Position numbers and translations under genes: made by a program. Below, in pieces: positions 52,944 to 64,000 of a stretch of 64,000 nucleotides of DNA. The stretch is taken from the NCBI RefSeq assembly GCF_001194135.2, contig NC_068981.1, forward strand, positions 22,925,601 through 22,989,600, given 5' to 3'. Position 1 is the first letter of the stretch. Each line of letters starts with the position of its first letter. This stretch comes from Octopus bimaculoides. Lineage: Eukaryota. The notes below the pieces were generated by a model. That model was not told the origin of the DNA. It searched no databases and saw only the letters and a program-made list of their open reading frames with translations.

Positions 52944-53469
52944 CTGGAATGATAGACAAAGAAATGGGTCTAGATTAATTCTGATCCGACAAAATTTTAA
53001 TGTAAATTATATCAAAAAGAATAAGCACCAGCTTGAGACAAACTGTTTTAACAGAAACAGAAACATGGTTCAATTTCCATCGGTGAATGTGCCATGATCT
53101 TCTCTGAAATGGGTGAAACACTAATATTTAATGTAATCTCAAGGCTATTTGTTGAGTCCTACTTTAGAAGACAGGAAAGAGTATCATCATTATTTAGTGC
53201 CTGTTTTCCATGCTGGCATGGGTTAGACAGTTTGACCGGGGCTGTTAAGCTGGAGAGCTGTACCAAGCTTCAGCCTGATTTGGCTGGCTTTCTATGGCTG
53301 GATACCCTTCCTAATGGTAACCACTCTAAGAGTGAAATGGGTGCCCTGTACATGTCACTGGCACTGACCACGACTACAATTTCACTAGGATTGATAGGTC
53401 TTCTCAAGCACAGCAAATCAGTAAAGGTCTTGATCCCTTGTCATATCAGTATCGATATATCTCATTCTG

Positions 53470-53808
53470 TAAAGACCCCCTTCAGTCATAAACGACCATG
53501 GGATTGCACCTAGAAAGTTCCTCTCCAAGGCACAAGTCCAGGCAAGGTTGTTTATAGAAGACTAACAGTCGCCCATGCATACCAGCCTCCCCTCTTCACA
53601 CCACCAATGTCATCCATGGGAAAGGCAAAGATCAATACCGCTTGGCACCAGTGACATGGCAACTCATTTCAATAGCTGAGTGAACTGGAGCATCATGAAA
53701 TAAAGTTTCTTGCTCAAGAACATGACACATAGCCCAGTCCAGGAACTGAACTCACTACCTCATAGTTGTGAGCCCAATGCTCTAATCACTGAGCCATGTG
53801 CCTTCACA
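53470..53808 (-). mobile_element. tRNA-headed SINE with a gtgtc-ttgagcaag central domain and a distinct tail
   Basis: Minus strand gaaggcacatggctcagtgattagagc...gagttcagttcc...tcttgagcaagaaacttt...ctccagttcactcagct. Confidence 0.7.
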
Positions 53809-54360
53809 CTTCCCCTTCTGTGTAGTAGGTAAATCTCAAGAAAGGCATAAATCTTTAACTGTCTCATTTCCCGTTGCCTTGTTGATTCTGTTCTCTGTAA
53901 TATTTCTCTTTTACTTGCTTCATTCATTGGACTGCAGCCATGCTGGGTCATCACTCTCAAAGGTTTTAGTCAAACAGCTCAACACCTGAACTTATCTTTT
54001 AAGTCTAGCACTTATTCTATCAGTCTCTTTTGCCGAACCATTAAGTAACAGGAATATATACAAACAAATACCAGTTGTCAAGTGATAGAAACAAGCACAA
54101 ACACACCATATATACATGAAGGGCTTCTGTACAGTTTTTGGTTACCAAATTCACTCACAAGGAATTGGTGAGCCTGGGACTCTAGTAGAAGGCACCTGCC
54201 CAAGGTGCTGTGTAGGGGGATTGAACCTGAATTAGTTTTGTGTATTTTGTTATTCTTCTCAGTTGAGATTTTGGTTTACTACAATATTTGCAAATCATCA
54301 AGATATTTTTAATCATGGGTTAAGGGAGTGAAAAAGTACAAATATATGTGAATTTCTTAC

Positions 54361-54551
54361 TGGACATGGACACTTGGAGAGCCAATGACTTCACCATCAC
54401 AGTTCCAGACACTGTTATGCGATGACTTGGAGTTTGACCGAAATAGTTGTTGCCGACAGTTTACTTCACCAGCCTCTAACTCGAATTCATCTTCAAGTGG
54501 ACGGAACTGAAATTCTTTGACTCGATGGACTTGAACAAAATCAAAGTCAAA
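54361..54551 (-). CDS. CERK: Ceramide kinase exon
   Basis: Acceptor catcttttcag|TTT, donor CA|gtaaga. FDFDFVQVHRVKEFQFRP...SVWNCDGEVIGSPSVHV resembles recalled CERK FDFTFVEVYRVKKFQF...SSWNCDGEVLHSPAIEV. Confidence 0.94.
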
Positions 54552-54614
54552 CTGAAAAGATGACATAAGAAGATTCATCATTAAGTACTAAAACACAACT
54601 ATACAATAATAATA

Positions 54615-54812
54615 ATAATCCTTTCTACAAAAGGCACAATGCCTGAAATTCGGGGAGCGGGGACTAGTTGATTACACCGACCCCAGTGTTTCACTGGTGC
54701 TTAATTTATCGACCCTGAAAGGATGAAAGTCAAAGTCGACCTCGGCGGAATTTGAACACAGAACATAGTGACAGACGAAATGCGCTAAGCATTTTGTCCA
54801 GCATGCTAATGA
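54615..54812 (-). mobile_element. Family B SINE copy in a CERK intron
   Basis: Reverse complement of the family B unit with an (AAT)n tail on +. Further minus-strand copies at ~56105-56250 and ~43690-43860. Confidence 0.8.
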
Positions 54813-55193
54813 TTCTGCTAAACACATCAAGACATTGGTGTATGACTATGAAACATTGACTATATTTTTTGCTTTTAAGGGATGAATTACACTATGCCTA
54901 ATTTAACACCATTTTCTGATCCTTGTATTCCTTTAGTAATGTTCAGACTCTTGCCTAGCTACTGCTAACTAAAATTTCCCCATTAGCACTGCCACTGTCA
55001 GAGGCTAGACATAGTAAAGATTTCCTTCTAGCAGCAGTCCATTGCTAGGTTGTAGCCTTCTTAATACCAACCATTTTACAGAGTGTAGTTGGTGGTTTTA
55101 ATTGGCACCAGCACAAATGCTTTTTACGTGGTACTGTGGTTTTAGGGCACATTGCTGTCTTGAAGACCCATCCACCACAACAGAATCTATCTA

Positions 55194-55230
<37 letters not shown>

Positions 55231-56314
55231 TTAAAATATTCAATCATCATCATCGTTTAACGTCCGCTTTCCATGCTGGCATGGGTTGGACGATTTGACT
55301 GAGGACTGGTGAAACCGGATGGCAACACCAGGCTCGAATTTAATTTGGCAGAGTTTCTACAGCTGGATGCCCTTCCTAACGCCAACCACTCCGAGAGTGT
55401 AGTGGGTGCTTTTACGGCCACACTCNNNNNNNNNNNNNNNNNNNNNNNNNNNNNNNNNNNNNNNNNNNNNNNNNNNNNNNNNNNNNNNNNNNNNNNNNNN
55501 NNNNNNNNNNNNNNNNNNNNNNNNNNNNNNNNNNNNNNNNNNNNNNNNNNNNNNNNNNNNNNNNNNNNNNNNNNNNNNNNNNNNNNNNNNNNNNNNNNNN
55601 NNNNNNNNNNNNNNNNNNNNNNNNNNNNNNNNNNNNNNNNNNNNNNNNNNNNNNNNNNNNNNNNNNNNNNNNNNNNNNNNNNNNNNNNNNNNNNNNNNNN
55701 NNNNNNNNNNNNNNNNNNNNNNNNNNNNNNNNNNNNNNNNNNNNNNNNNNNNNNNNNNNNNNNNNNNNNNNNNNNNNNNNNNNNNNNNNNNNNNNNNNNN
55801 NNNNNNNNNNNNNNNNNNNNNNNNNNNNNNNNNNNNNNTATAATGAATTTTAAAAAATAGAAAATCATGGTGACAGAGAATATTTTAAAAGATATAAAAC
55901 TATTCAAATGAATTACTGATAAAAATTACTCCTGTTACTTATCAGCATAATTAATAGTAAACTAATTAGTGTTACCTTATTTAATATAGTAAGAATTGAG
56001 AGAAACAATGCAACAAAGAAATAATGTGAAACTATTGCAAGACTGAGGTCTAATAACACTATATCTAGAGTTGTCTCCCTTACAAGCTGGAAGAATTAAA
56101 ATATTCTTTTCTACTGTAGGCACAAGGCCCGAAATTTTTGGGGAGGGGGCCAGTCGATTAGATTGACCCCAGTACGCAACTGGTACTTAATTTATCGGTT
56201 CCGAAAGTATGAATAGAGAAATCGACCTAGGCGGAATTTGAACTCAGAACAGAAGAATTAAAATGTCAACTGTCTCTTACTTTCCTGTCTTTTATCTGGT
56301 CTTCTTTCATTATT

Positions 56315-56992
56315 ATAGCTCTTATTTGTTTCAATCATTGGACTGCGGCCATGCTGGGGCATTGCCTTGACAAGGTTTTACACGAATACAGAAGTCTGTG
56401 GCAGGCTTCTGCCTGGCTAGCTCCTGTCAAACCGTCCCACCCATGCCAGCATGGAGGGTGGACGTTAAATGATGACAATGATCGTCCCAACTAATTTTTA
56501 CCTTTTTTTTATTTTAAAAGTCTACTACTTATTTTTTATCAGCCTCTTTTGCTAGACTGCTAAGTTACAGGGATGTAAACAAACCACCACCGGTTGTCGA
56601 ATAGTGATGAGGTGACAATCACAGACATAAAGGCACGTAAACACATATATAAATATGTATAGGCGCAGGCATGCCTGTGTGATGAGAAGTTTGCTTCCCA
56701 GCCACATGTTTCTGAGTTCAGTCTCACTGCGTGACACCTTGGGCAAGTGTCTTCTACTATAACCTCAGGCTGACCGAAGCTTTGTGAGTCGATTTCGTAG
56801 ACGGAAACTGAAAGAAGCCCCGTTATATATATATCTGATTTGGCAAGGTTTCTATGAAAGGCATCCATCTGTAGAAATCTTGCCAAATCAGATCAGAACC
56901 CGGTGCACCCCCCCTCTTGAGCTTACCAGTTTCCAGTCAGACCGTCCAACCCATGCCAGCATGGAAAGCAGACGTTAAACGATGATGATGAT

Positions 56993-57058
<66 letters not shown>

Positions 57059-57605
57059 TGTATCTTTGTATGTCCCCCACCACGACAACTGGTGTAGGTG
57101 TGTTTACATCCCTGTTACTTATCGGTTCAGCAAAAGAGACTAACAGAATAAATACCTGCCCTTACAAAAAAATATGTACTGGAAATGATTCATTCAACTA
57201 AAATTCAAGGCAGTGCTCCAGCATGACCGCAGGCTAATGACTGAAACAAGTAAAAGATAAAGGATAAATTCATTCACACACACATTAGGCAGTGAGCTGG
57301 CAGAATGGTTAGCATGCCGGGCAAAATGCTTAGCGGTATTTCGTCTGCTGCTACGTTCTGAGTTCAAATTCCGCCGAGGTCGACTTTACCTTTCATCCTT
57401 TCGGGGTCGATAAATTAAGTACCAGTTACGCACTGGGGTAACACACACGCACAATGGACTTCCACTTGCTTTCTGTGTCACAAATTCCCTCACAAGGCTT
57501 TGGTTAGCTGGGGGCTAAAGTTGAAGACACTTGCCTAAGGTGCTACACACTGGAATTGAACCCAAAACCATGTGGTTATAAAGAGAGATTCTTAACCACC
57601 CAGCC
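56315..57605. mobile_element. Nested SINE cluster in a CERK intron (A-, A+, C, B)
   Basis: A(-) 3' half 56315-56655; A(+) 56659-57268 with a C element (56834-56995) in its microsatellite; B(+) 57287-57440; A(-) 5' half 57445-57605. Confidence 0.72.
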
Positions 57606-57794
57606 CTTTTTTCTTTTTTTCCTAATTATCTGCTTAAAGTCCACCATATTAAATAAAGAAACACCAACTTGATAAAATAGGAGAGACAAAAAAATGCTTC
57701 CAATGAAATTAAAAGTCAGTCAATGACTAAATAGCTACACTCTGTGGAGAAGAAAGACCTGATGAAAAAAAAAAAAGACTCTCATTGCTCTAAC

Positions 57795-58000
57795 CTGGTC
57801 TGATTGTCTGTCTCTGCAACGATATAAATGATGCAAGTAGTTTAGCCGGGAACAACGTTTCACTAGGATTAGGTCGGTACATCCATCTCCCAAATGACAA
57901 GCGGGAGACACACCTTCTGGGCTCATGGCACACCGGCAACTCATGGTAACGGCATTTACACCAATAAAATCTCCACGGATCGTGTGCCATTTTTCTTTAC
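57795..58000 (-). CDS. CERK: Ceramide kinase exon (DAG-kinase-type accessory region)
   Basis: Acceptor ttttggtttag|GT, donor CAG|gttaga. KEKWHTIRGDFIGVNAVTMSCRCAMSPEGVSPACHLGDGCTDLILVKRCSRLNYLHHLYRCRDRQSDQ resembles recalled CERK MSCACRRSPRGLSPAAHLGDGSSDLILIRKCSRFNFL. Confidence 0.94.
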
Positions 58001-58269
58001 CTAAACCAAAAAAAAACATAATTTAGAACATCATTTCTCAAAGTTTCAAACATAGATTATCATAATTTGATTGCATACAGGATATACTACTCACCCTCCC
58101 CCAAAAAAGATTTCAGACAAAATTACCTTGGGCTCTAATTGCAAAGTAGGGCCTATTTTACTTGCTTTAGTACATTGAAAACTTATTTGCCTGAATATAT
58201 GCTGTTGAAATTTGTGTGCGTCTAATAAGCTCATGAATCTTTTATGCCATTAAATTCGGTAATTATATA

Positions 58270-58590
58270 AAGGCATGGACTTAGTGGTTAGAGTATTTGG
58301 ATCACAACTGGAAGGTTGTGAGTTCAATTCCCAGCAATACGTTGTGTCCTTGAGCAAGACACTTTACTTCACGTTGCTCCAGTCCACTCAGCTGGCAAAA
58401 ATGAGTAGTACCTGTACTTCAAAGGGTCAGCCTTGTCACATTCTGTGTCATACAGAATCTCCTTAAGAACTATATTAAGGTTATGTGTCTGTGGAGTGCT
58501 CAGCCACTTGCACGTTAATTTCATGAGCAGGTTGTTCCATTGACTGGACCAACTGGAACACGCATCGTCGTGACCAACAGAGTACCAGTG
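58270..58590 (+). mobile_element. SINE with a different tRNA head and central domain but a family D 3' tail
   Basis: Head ggcatggacttagtggttagag...gagttcaattccc, central gttgtgtccttgagcaagacacttt, then the family D tail. Confidence 0.75.
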
Positions 58591-59886
58591 GGGGTAATCA
58601 CAGAATTTCAAAGAAAGGTGACTATTAAATGAGAATTGCAATGCTTCAACACATACACATGCTGAAGTGGCTGAGTTATAAGAGCATCAGATAAAATGTG
58701 TTGTTTTTGTTCTGAGATTCTGCACTCTGAAGGTCAACTTTACCATTCAAACATTTTAGGTGGATATAAAAATATCCAATTCAAGCAGTGGAACTGTAAG
58801 AATGTTGGATCAAATATCTTGTGGTATTTGTCCCAGATCTTTACCCTCTTAACATGACATATTGAACGGTAGGCTTAACCTGTTGCTAGACTGGACACCA
58901 TAACTAGGCACTTTGGGTGAGGCCTTTAGCTGAGCCTAGTCTGTTGCAAGCATTCAGGCCAGGTCACTAGTGGTTTGAAGATAATTTCCTCCTTGTCTCT
59001 CTCCAATCTTGGAGACCCTGGAAAAGGTCAAGTGCATTGTCTCCCTTCCTGACTTAAACAAACAAAAACTGTAGCCGTAAAAAGATAATATAAGCCAATA
59101 GCCACTGGGAATAGTAGTAGTGTAATAATCAGACAAGAGTCTTGTTATCATACTGTGCTGAGATCAGTTCCCATTGTTAAACAAACAAAAAGTTGTGTCA
59201 GTGTTTTTCCCCCAATCCAATCAATAACTGAATTGTCAAGTTTGACACTTTCAGCAAGCAACAGGATGTGCTCTGACAGTTTCACTTCTCCAAATACATT
59301 ACATGACATACAAGCAGATAAACACACACATTTCATGCCCCAATACTTTATTGGTTATACTCTCCAGATATAAGAGAACATCAAAGAATCCTGTTTCCTT
59401 TCCTATAAATCTGAAATCTAATGCTGATATTTAAAAAGTGTAAATCAATTTATGTAGCTTTGATTTTTTTTTTTTACTTTTATTTGAAAAAAAAAAATTT
59501 TTTTCCAACACAACTTGTTTGGAATTTGTAAGCACTTTCTAAAGTTCATGGAATGATTCTACAAATAACTACAGGTTTAATATTCTGTAGAAGTTTGAAA
59601 TTCTACCTAACAGGAAAGCATCGAGATCAAGCAGAAGCCACTCCTTCCCTGGTTACCACCCAGAGTCAAATGTAATACTTTGATGTGACCTACATGAACG
59701 TGAGACACAGTTAAATGAACATTAATCTGTTCTTGATCTAAGTAGACCAGAATGACTCAGCAAAAGATCTTTTCTGTTATATTGTAGGGTAGCTGTGAAA
59801 GGCCAGATTGAACCTAAAACAGAACATTTGAGCCAGATATGGCTGGTTTAAATGGTAAAGGGTTAAAGATTCTGTTGCAAACTTAC

Positions 59887-59951
59887 CAAGAGAGGAACTT
59901 TCTGAAGGATACTGGTGAAGTCTGTCAAGAGCAGCAGCACACACCTGGCAG
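59887..59951 (-). CDS. CERK: Ceramide kinase exon
   Basis: Acceptor ctgttttccag|C (phase 2), donor G|gtaagt (phase 1). CQVCAAALDRLHQYPSESSSL; completes the CLSGCQVC (CxxxCxxC) motif. Phases chain on both sides. Confidence 0.87.
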
Positions 59952-60318
59952 CTGGAAAACAGATGAAACAAAAATTTAATTTCAGCAAAGTGAAATATAA
60001 ATAAATAATAATAATAATAATATAGGCACAGAAGTGGCATGGAAGTTGAGGAAAGAAACCTAGCTGTAAGTGTATCATGAGCTCTATGATTCTCATGAAA
60101 TCAGAGATTGACTTATGGCATGTAAGTGACTGAAATTACGACAGACTCCTTGAATAGGACGCCAGTCTGTCGCAGGGTCAACAGTTGTTGGAACTAATTT
60201 ACAGCCAAGCAGACTGGAGCAACGTGAAATGGAGGGTTTTGATGAAGGACACAACACTCAGTTCGGGAATCAAAACTACGATCCTACAATCATCAGTGAA
60301 ACACCCTAACCCCTAGGC

Positions 60319-60964
60319 CAGTGCTACTCAAAGTGGTGGTCCGCAAGCCATCAGCTGCCAGTATGCAGCGAGTTTCCAGAAAAGAAAGAAATGTCATAAA
60401 ATGCTTGTGTAATATTGTATTATTTACTCTTTTACCTGTTTCAGTCATTTGACTGCGGCCATGCTGGAGCACCGCCTTTAGTCGAGCAAATCGACCCCGG
60501 GACTTATTCTTTGTAAGCCTAGTACTTATTCTATCGGTCTCTTTTGCCGAACCGCTAAGTGACGGGGACATAAACACATCAGCATCGTTTGTCAAGCAAT
60601 GCTAGGGGGACAAACACAGACACACAAATACACACACAAACACACACACACATATATATACGATGGGCTTCTTTCAGTTTCCGTCTACCAAATCCACTCA
60701 CAAGGCTTTGGTTGGCCTGAGGCTATAGTAGAAGACATTTACCCAAGATGCCACACAGTGGGACTGAACCCGGAACAATGTTGTTGGTAAGCAAGCTACT
60801 TACCACACAGCACTCCTGCGCCTGTTTGGTTACAAAATAAATATAAGACTTTTTTTAAATGTCAACTTTTATTATATTCATTATATATATTGTTTCCGGT
60901 ATAAATTAATAATACTAAGAAATATTACAGGTTCCTGTTACATTGGTTAGTTTGAGAAGCACTG
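60319..60964. mobile_element. hAT-type MITE with 8-bp TSD, containing a family A SINE (60423-60823)
   Basis: TIRs CAGTGCTACTCAAA / TTTGAGAAGCACTG; TSD CCCTAGGC at 60311-60318 and 60965-60972. Confidence 0.88.
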
Positions 60965-61057
60965 CCCTAGGCTACACATCTTCACATAAAGAATCAGGAA
61001 GAGAAAGAAAAAAAAACTTTGTGTGGTGCTGTTGTTGTTATCGTATTGATTACTTAC

Positions 61058-61163
61058 CCTGACAAACATCGAGTGTTATCCCGAGGATGGCTGTCATGAA
61101 CAGTGGTAGGTAGAAAGGAGACTTCTCCCAGGTAGGATTGATTTGCTAGAAACTTCTTGAAAC
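61058..61163 (-). CDS. CERK: Ceramide kinase exon
   Basis: Minus-strand acceptor ttttcttcag|GT, donor GG|gtaagt. (G)FKKFLANQSYLGEVSFLPTTVHDSHPRDNTRCLS(G) resembles recalled human CERK GLKTFLSHHCYEGTVSFLP...SPRDRKPCRAG. Upstream exons were not found in the window. Confidence 0.9.
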
Positions 61164-61484
61164 CTGAAGAAAATTTAAAAAAAAAAAACTTTTTTTAAAC
61201 AACAAAAATTCAATCAAACAATATTAACTTTTTCAATACACCTGTTCCTAAGACTGCATGGAAACTCCTGTTACCAACTCACTCATATTAAAGTGTTATT
61301 TAGATAAAAATCTCATTCTAAATATTATTACATAAATGATAAATTGAGGTTTTAATAAGTAAAGGTGTATTTCAAATACCAACATTGTATTTGATCATGA
61401 ACTCTGCTAAACAACAACCTTATGACGTCATATCTAAGGCCAATGAAAGACAGCAGAGAGAGAGAGAGAGAGAGAGAGAGAATA

Positions 61485-61885
61485 CTACTACTCTTTTACC
61501 TGTTTCAGTCATTTGACTGTGGCCATGCTGGAGCACCGCCTTTAGTCGAGCAAATTGACCCCAGGACTTATTCTTTGTAAGCCTAGTACTTATTCTATCG
61601 GTCTCTTTTGCCGAACCGCTAAGTGATGGGGACATAAACACACCAGCATCGGTTAAGCAATGCGAGGCAGACAAACACACACACACAAACACACACACAC
61701 ATATATATATATACATATATACGACAGGCTTCTTTCAGTTTCTGTCTACCAAATCCACTCACAAGGCTTTGGTCGGCCCGAGGCTATAGTAGAAGACACT
61801 TGCCCAAGATGCCACGCAGTGGGACTGAACCTGGAACCATGTGGTTGGTAAGCAAGCTACTTACCACACAGCCACTCCTACGCCT
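61485..61885 (-). mobile_element. Family A SINE, young full-length copy
   Basis: Close to the copies at 8711 and 60423-60823 by eye. Confidence 0.88.
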
Positions 61886-63570
61886 AGACTAGAATTTATA
61901 TTTAGTTTTGTTCCTCTAAGACCCAAAGTGAAATCTAACTAGAGCTGACTTTGTCTTTAATCACTCTAAAAGTTCAATAAAATAAGTACAAGTTGGAATC
62001 AAATGAATTCTCTCTCTTTGTAAGAGTATGCCTTGTATTTAATTAATCAATTAGTCCAACCCATGCCAGCATGGAAAACAGATATTAAACGATGATGATG
62101 AATAATGTTATATTTAAATTGAATAAAATCTCTCCTTACTCATATATGAATGTTCAGTATTGAGTAACTACCACCGACAATAACAAGGCAAACCAACATG
62201 GGAAACAACAGTCAAGTCACACATCACTATCTTAGAGAATACTTTGGATAATGTGATCTGAGATACACTGTGTCTCAATTGAAATGGCTTTGATCAGCAG
62301 TCGCATTGATCATCACTAAACTGAGATTAAACAACAACCAGGTAGTGTCAGGGATCATCACCATCATTTTTTTTTTTTGTTTAACATCTTCTTTTCCATT
62401 CTTGCATGGGTCAGATGGATTCTTTGTTGAGGCAGATTTTCTTTGATAGAATGCCCTTCCTGTTCCTGACTTTCATCTGTTTCTAAGTCAGATAATATAT
62501 TTCCCCATGGCCAGACCTTTTCTCATAGAAGACTAGAAATGAACAACATTGCTTTTATGACTGATGCCCATTTACAACCATCACATGAAGTCCAGACAAG
62601 GAATCACAAGCACACACACACACACAGGGGCTTCTTTCTGTTTCTGTATACCAAATCCACTCACAAAGTTTTAGTTGGCCTGAGATTTAAGTAAACGATA
62701 CTTGTCCAAGGGGCCATGCAATGGGACTGAACCCAACACCACATGATTGGGAAACCAGCTTCTTAACTATACAGCCATGCTGTATCTATATCTCCCAATG
62801 GAGGTGGGAAAGAGAATACTGGATGAGTTCAATGAAAGATGGTGATAAAAACATACTATTTCATTAAAGCCAGAGAAGTTTTTTTTAACTATAAGTTAAT
62901 ATATATATATACACACATACAGATTATGAGAATATCTGACCACTCACCCATTTAAACTAGCACTTATTTGACATATCTTTATCCATTGTTTCATTAAATT
63001 CTAACCAATTAAATAATTGACACACATCCATTCATACAATTAACACATACCCAGTTATACAATTAACACTTTTCTGTTTCAGCTCAACAGCATTTTCCAT
63101 AACATAAACGAAATGAAATTAATAAAAGAAATGACATTGTGTTTCCAGTTCACTCATACAATCATCATCATCATTTAACATCCGTTTTGCTATCTGGCAT
63201 GTCCCAAATGGTTTGGCAAGGACTGGTGAGCCAGAAGACTGCTTCAAACTCCAATGTTTACTTTGGCATAGTTTTTATGCCCTTCCTAATGCCACCACAT
63301 TACAGAGTGTACTGGATGATTTCTACCAGAGACAAAACACAAACAGATGACTTTCCATAGTTTTCCTAAGCTAACAGAAACATCAACCAAATCTCCTTCA
63401 AATCACACACTAATGCCATGAAAATATGAAGGAGGGCAAGTTGGATGACATAGTCCTAGACACTGATATTGCAAAAAGGAAAACAAGTGATAATCACAGC
63501 TGGAATGGCCCTGATTATTGGTTTTACTTGATCATTGGCACAAAGCAACAACAAATGGTAACTAAGATAT

Positions 63571-63928
63571 TGTTGGCACTCCGTCGAGGGTTCCAGTTGA
63601 TCCGATCAACAAAACAGCCTGCTCGTGAAATTAACGTGCAAGTGGCTGAGCACTCCACAGACACGTGTACCCTTAATGTAGTTCTCGGGGATATTCAGCA
63701 TGACACAGTGTGACAAGGCTGACCCTTTGAATTACAGGCACAACAGAAACAGGAAGTAAGAGTGAGAGAAAGAGTACAACAGGGTTTTCCACCACCCACT
63801 GCCAGAGCCTCGTGGAGCTTTAGGCGTTTTTGCTCAATAAACACTCACAATGCCCGGTCGGGGAATCGAAACCGCGATCCTACGACCGTGAGGCCGCTGC
63901 CCTAACCATTGGGCCATTGCGCCTCCAC
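63571..63928 (-). mobile_element. Full-length tRNA-headed SINE ('family D') with a 14-bp target-site duplication
   Basis: Head GGAGGCGCAATGGCCCAaTGGTTAGGGCAGCGG...GGTTTCGATTCCC, tail ...GACGGAGTGCCAACA. TSD GGTAACTAAGATAT at 63557-63570 and 63929-63942. Confidence 0.92.
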
Positions 63929-64000
63929 GGTAACTAAGATATGCATTAATCATTAAAACAAATAGTTGCCTGATTTTCTTCAACACTTCAATATCAAACA

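Noticed and set aside
56315-56830. Twin-priming 5' inversion of a single SINE
   Set aside because: The missing halves of both orientations are present further right (57070-57268 and 57445-57605), so nested insertion explains it better.

Overview
AT-rich metazoan genomic DNA from a gapped scaffold. The repeat repertoire and gene content suggest a cephalopod, probably Octopus; this is an inference, not a database match. It is not prokaryotic: there are no operons or CRISPR arrays. The window holds the 3' ends of two convergently transcribed multi-exon genes. On +, a GRIP1/2-like multi-PDZ glutamate-receptor-interacting scaffold runs from the second half of PDZ6 through the linker and PDZ7 to a stop at 40019; its exon phases chain consistently. 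On -, the last five coding exons of ceramide kinase (CERK) run from 61163 to a stop at 52847. Everything else is intron, UTR or intergenic DNA, packed with several SINE-like families, hAT, piggyBac and Tc1/mariner MITEs, decayed LINE, Penelope and mariner remnants, microsatellites and 11 N-gaps. The most interesting unexplained signals are: (1) cryptic in-frame GRIP exons, namely a 30-nt microexon at 11131 and two downstream exons (41397, 42028) that would give an alternative C-terminus ending ...DCCK; (2) a near-perfect loopless 108-bp palindrome just 3' of the GRIP stop and a ~400-bp intronic foldback, both candidate dsRNA/ADAR substrates; (3) a tRNA-Ile(AAT)-derived locus whose stems still pair but whose anticodon reads ATT; (4) head-to-tail SINE arrays and antiparallel self-nested SINEs. 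I found no strong evidence of a wholly new multi-gene system. All calls come from manual reading and recalled family motifs; no searches were run.
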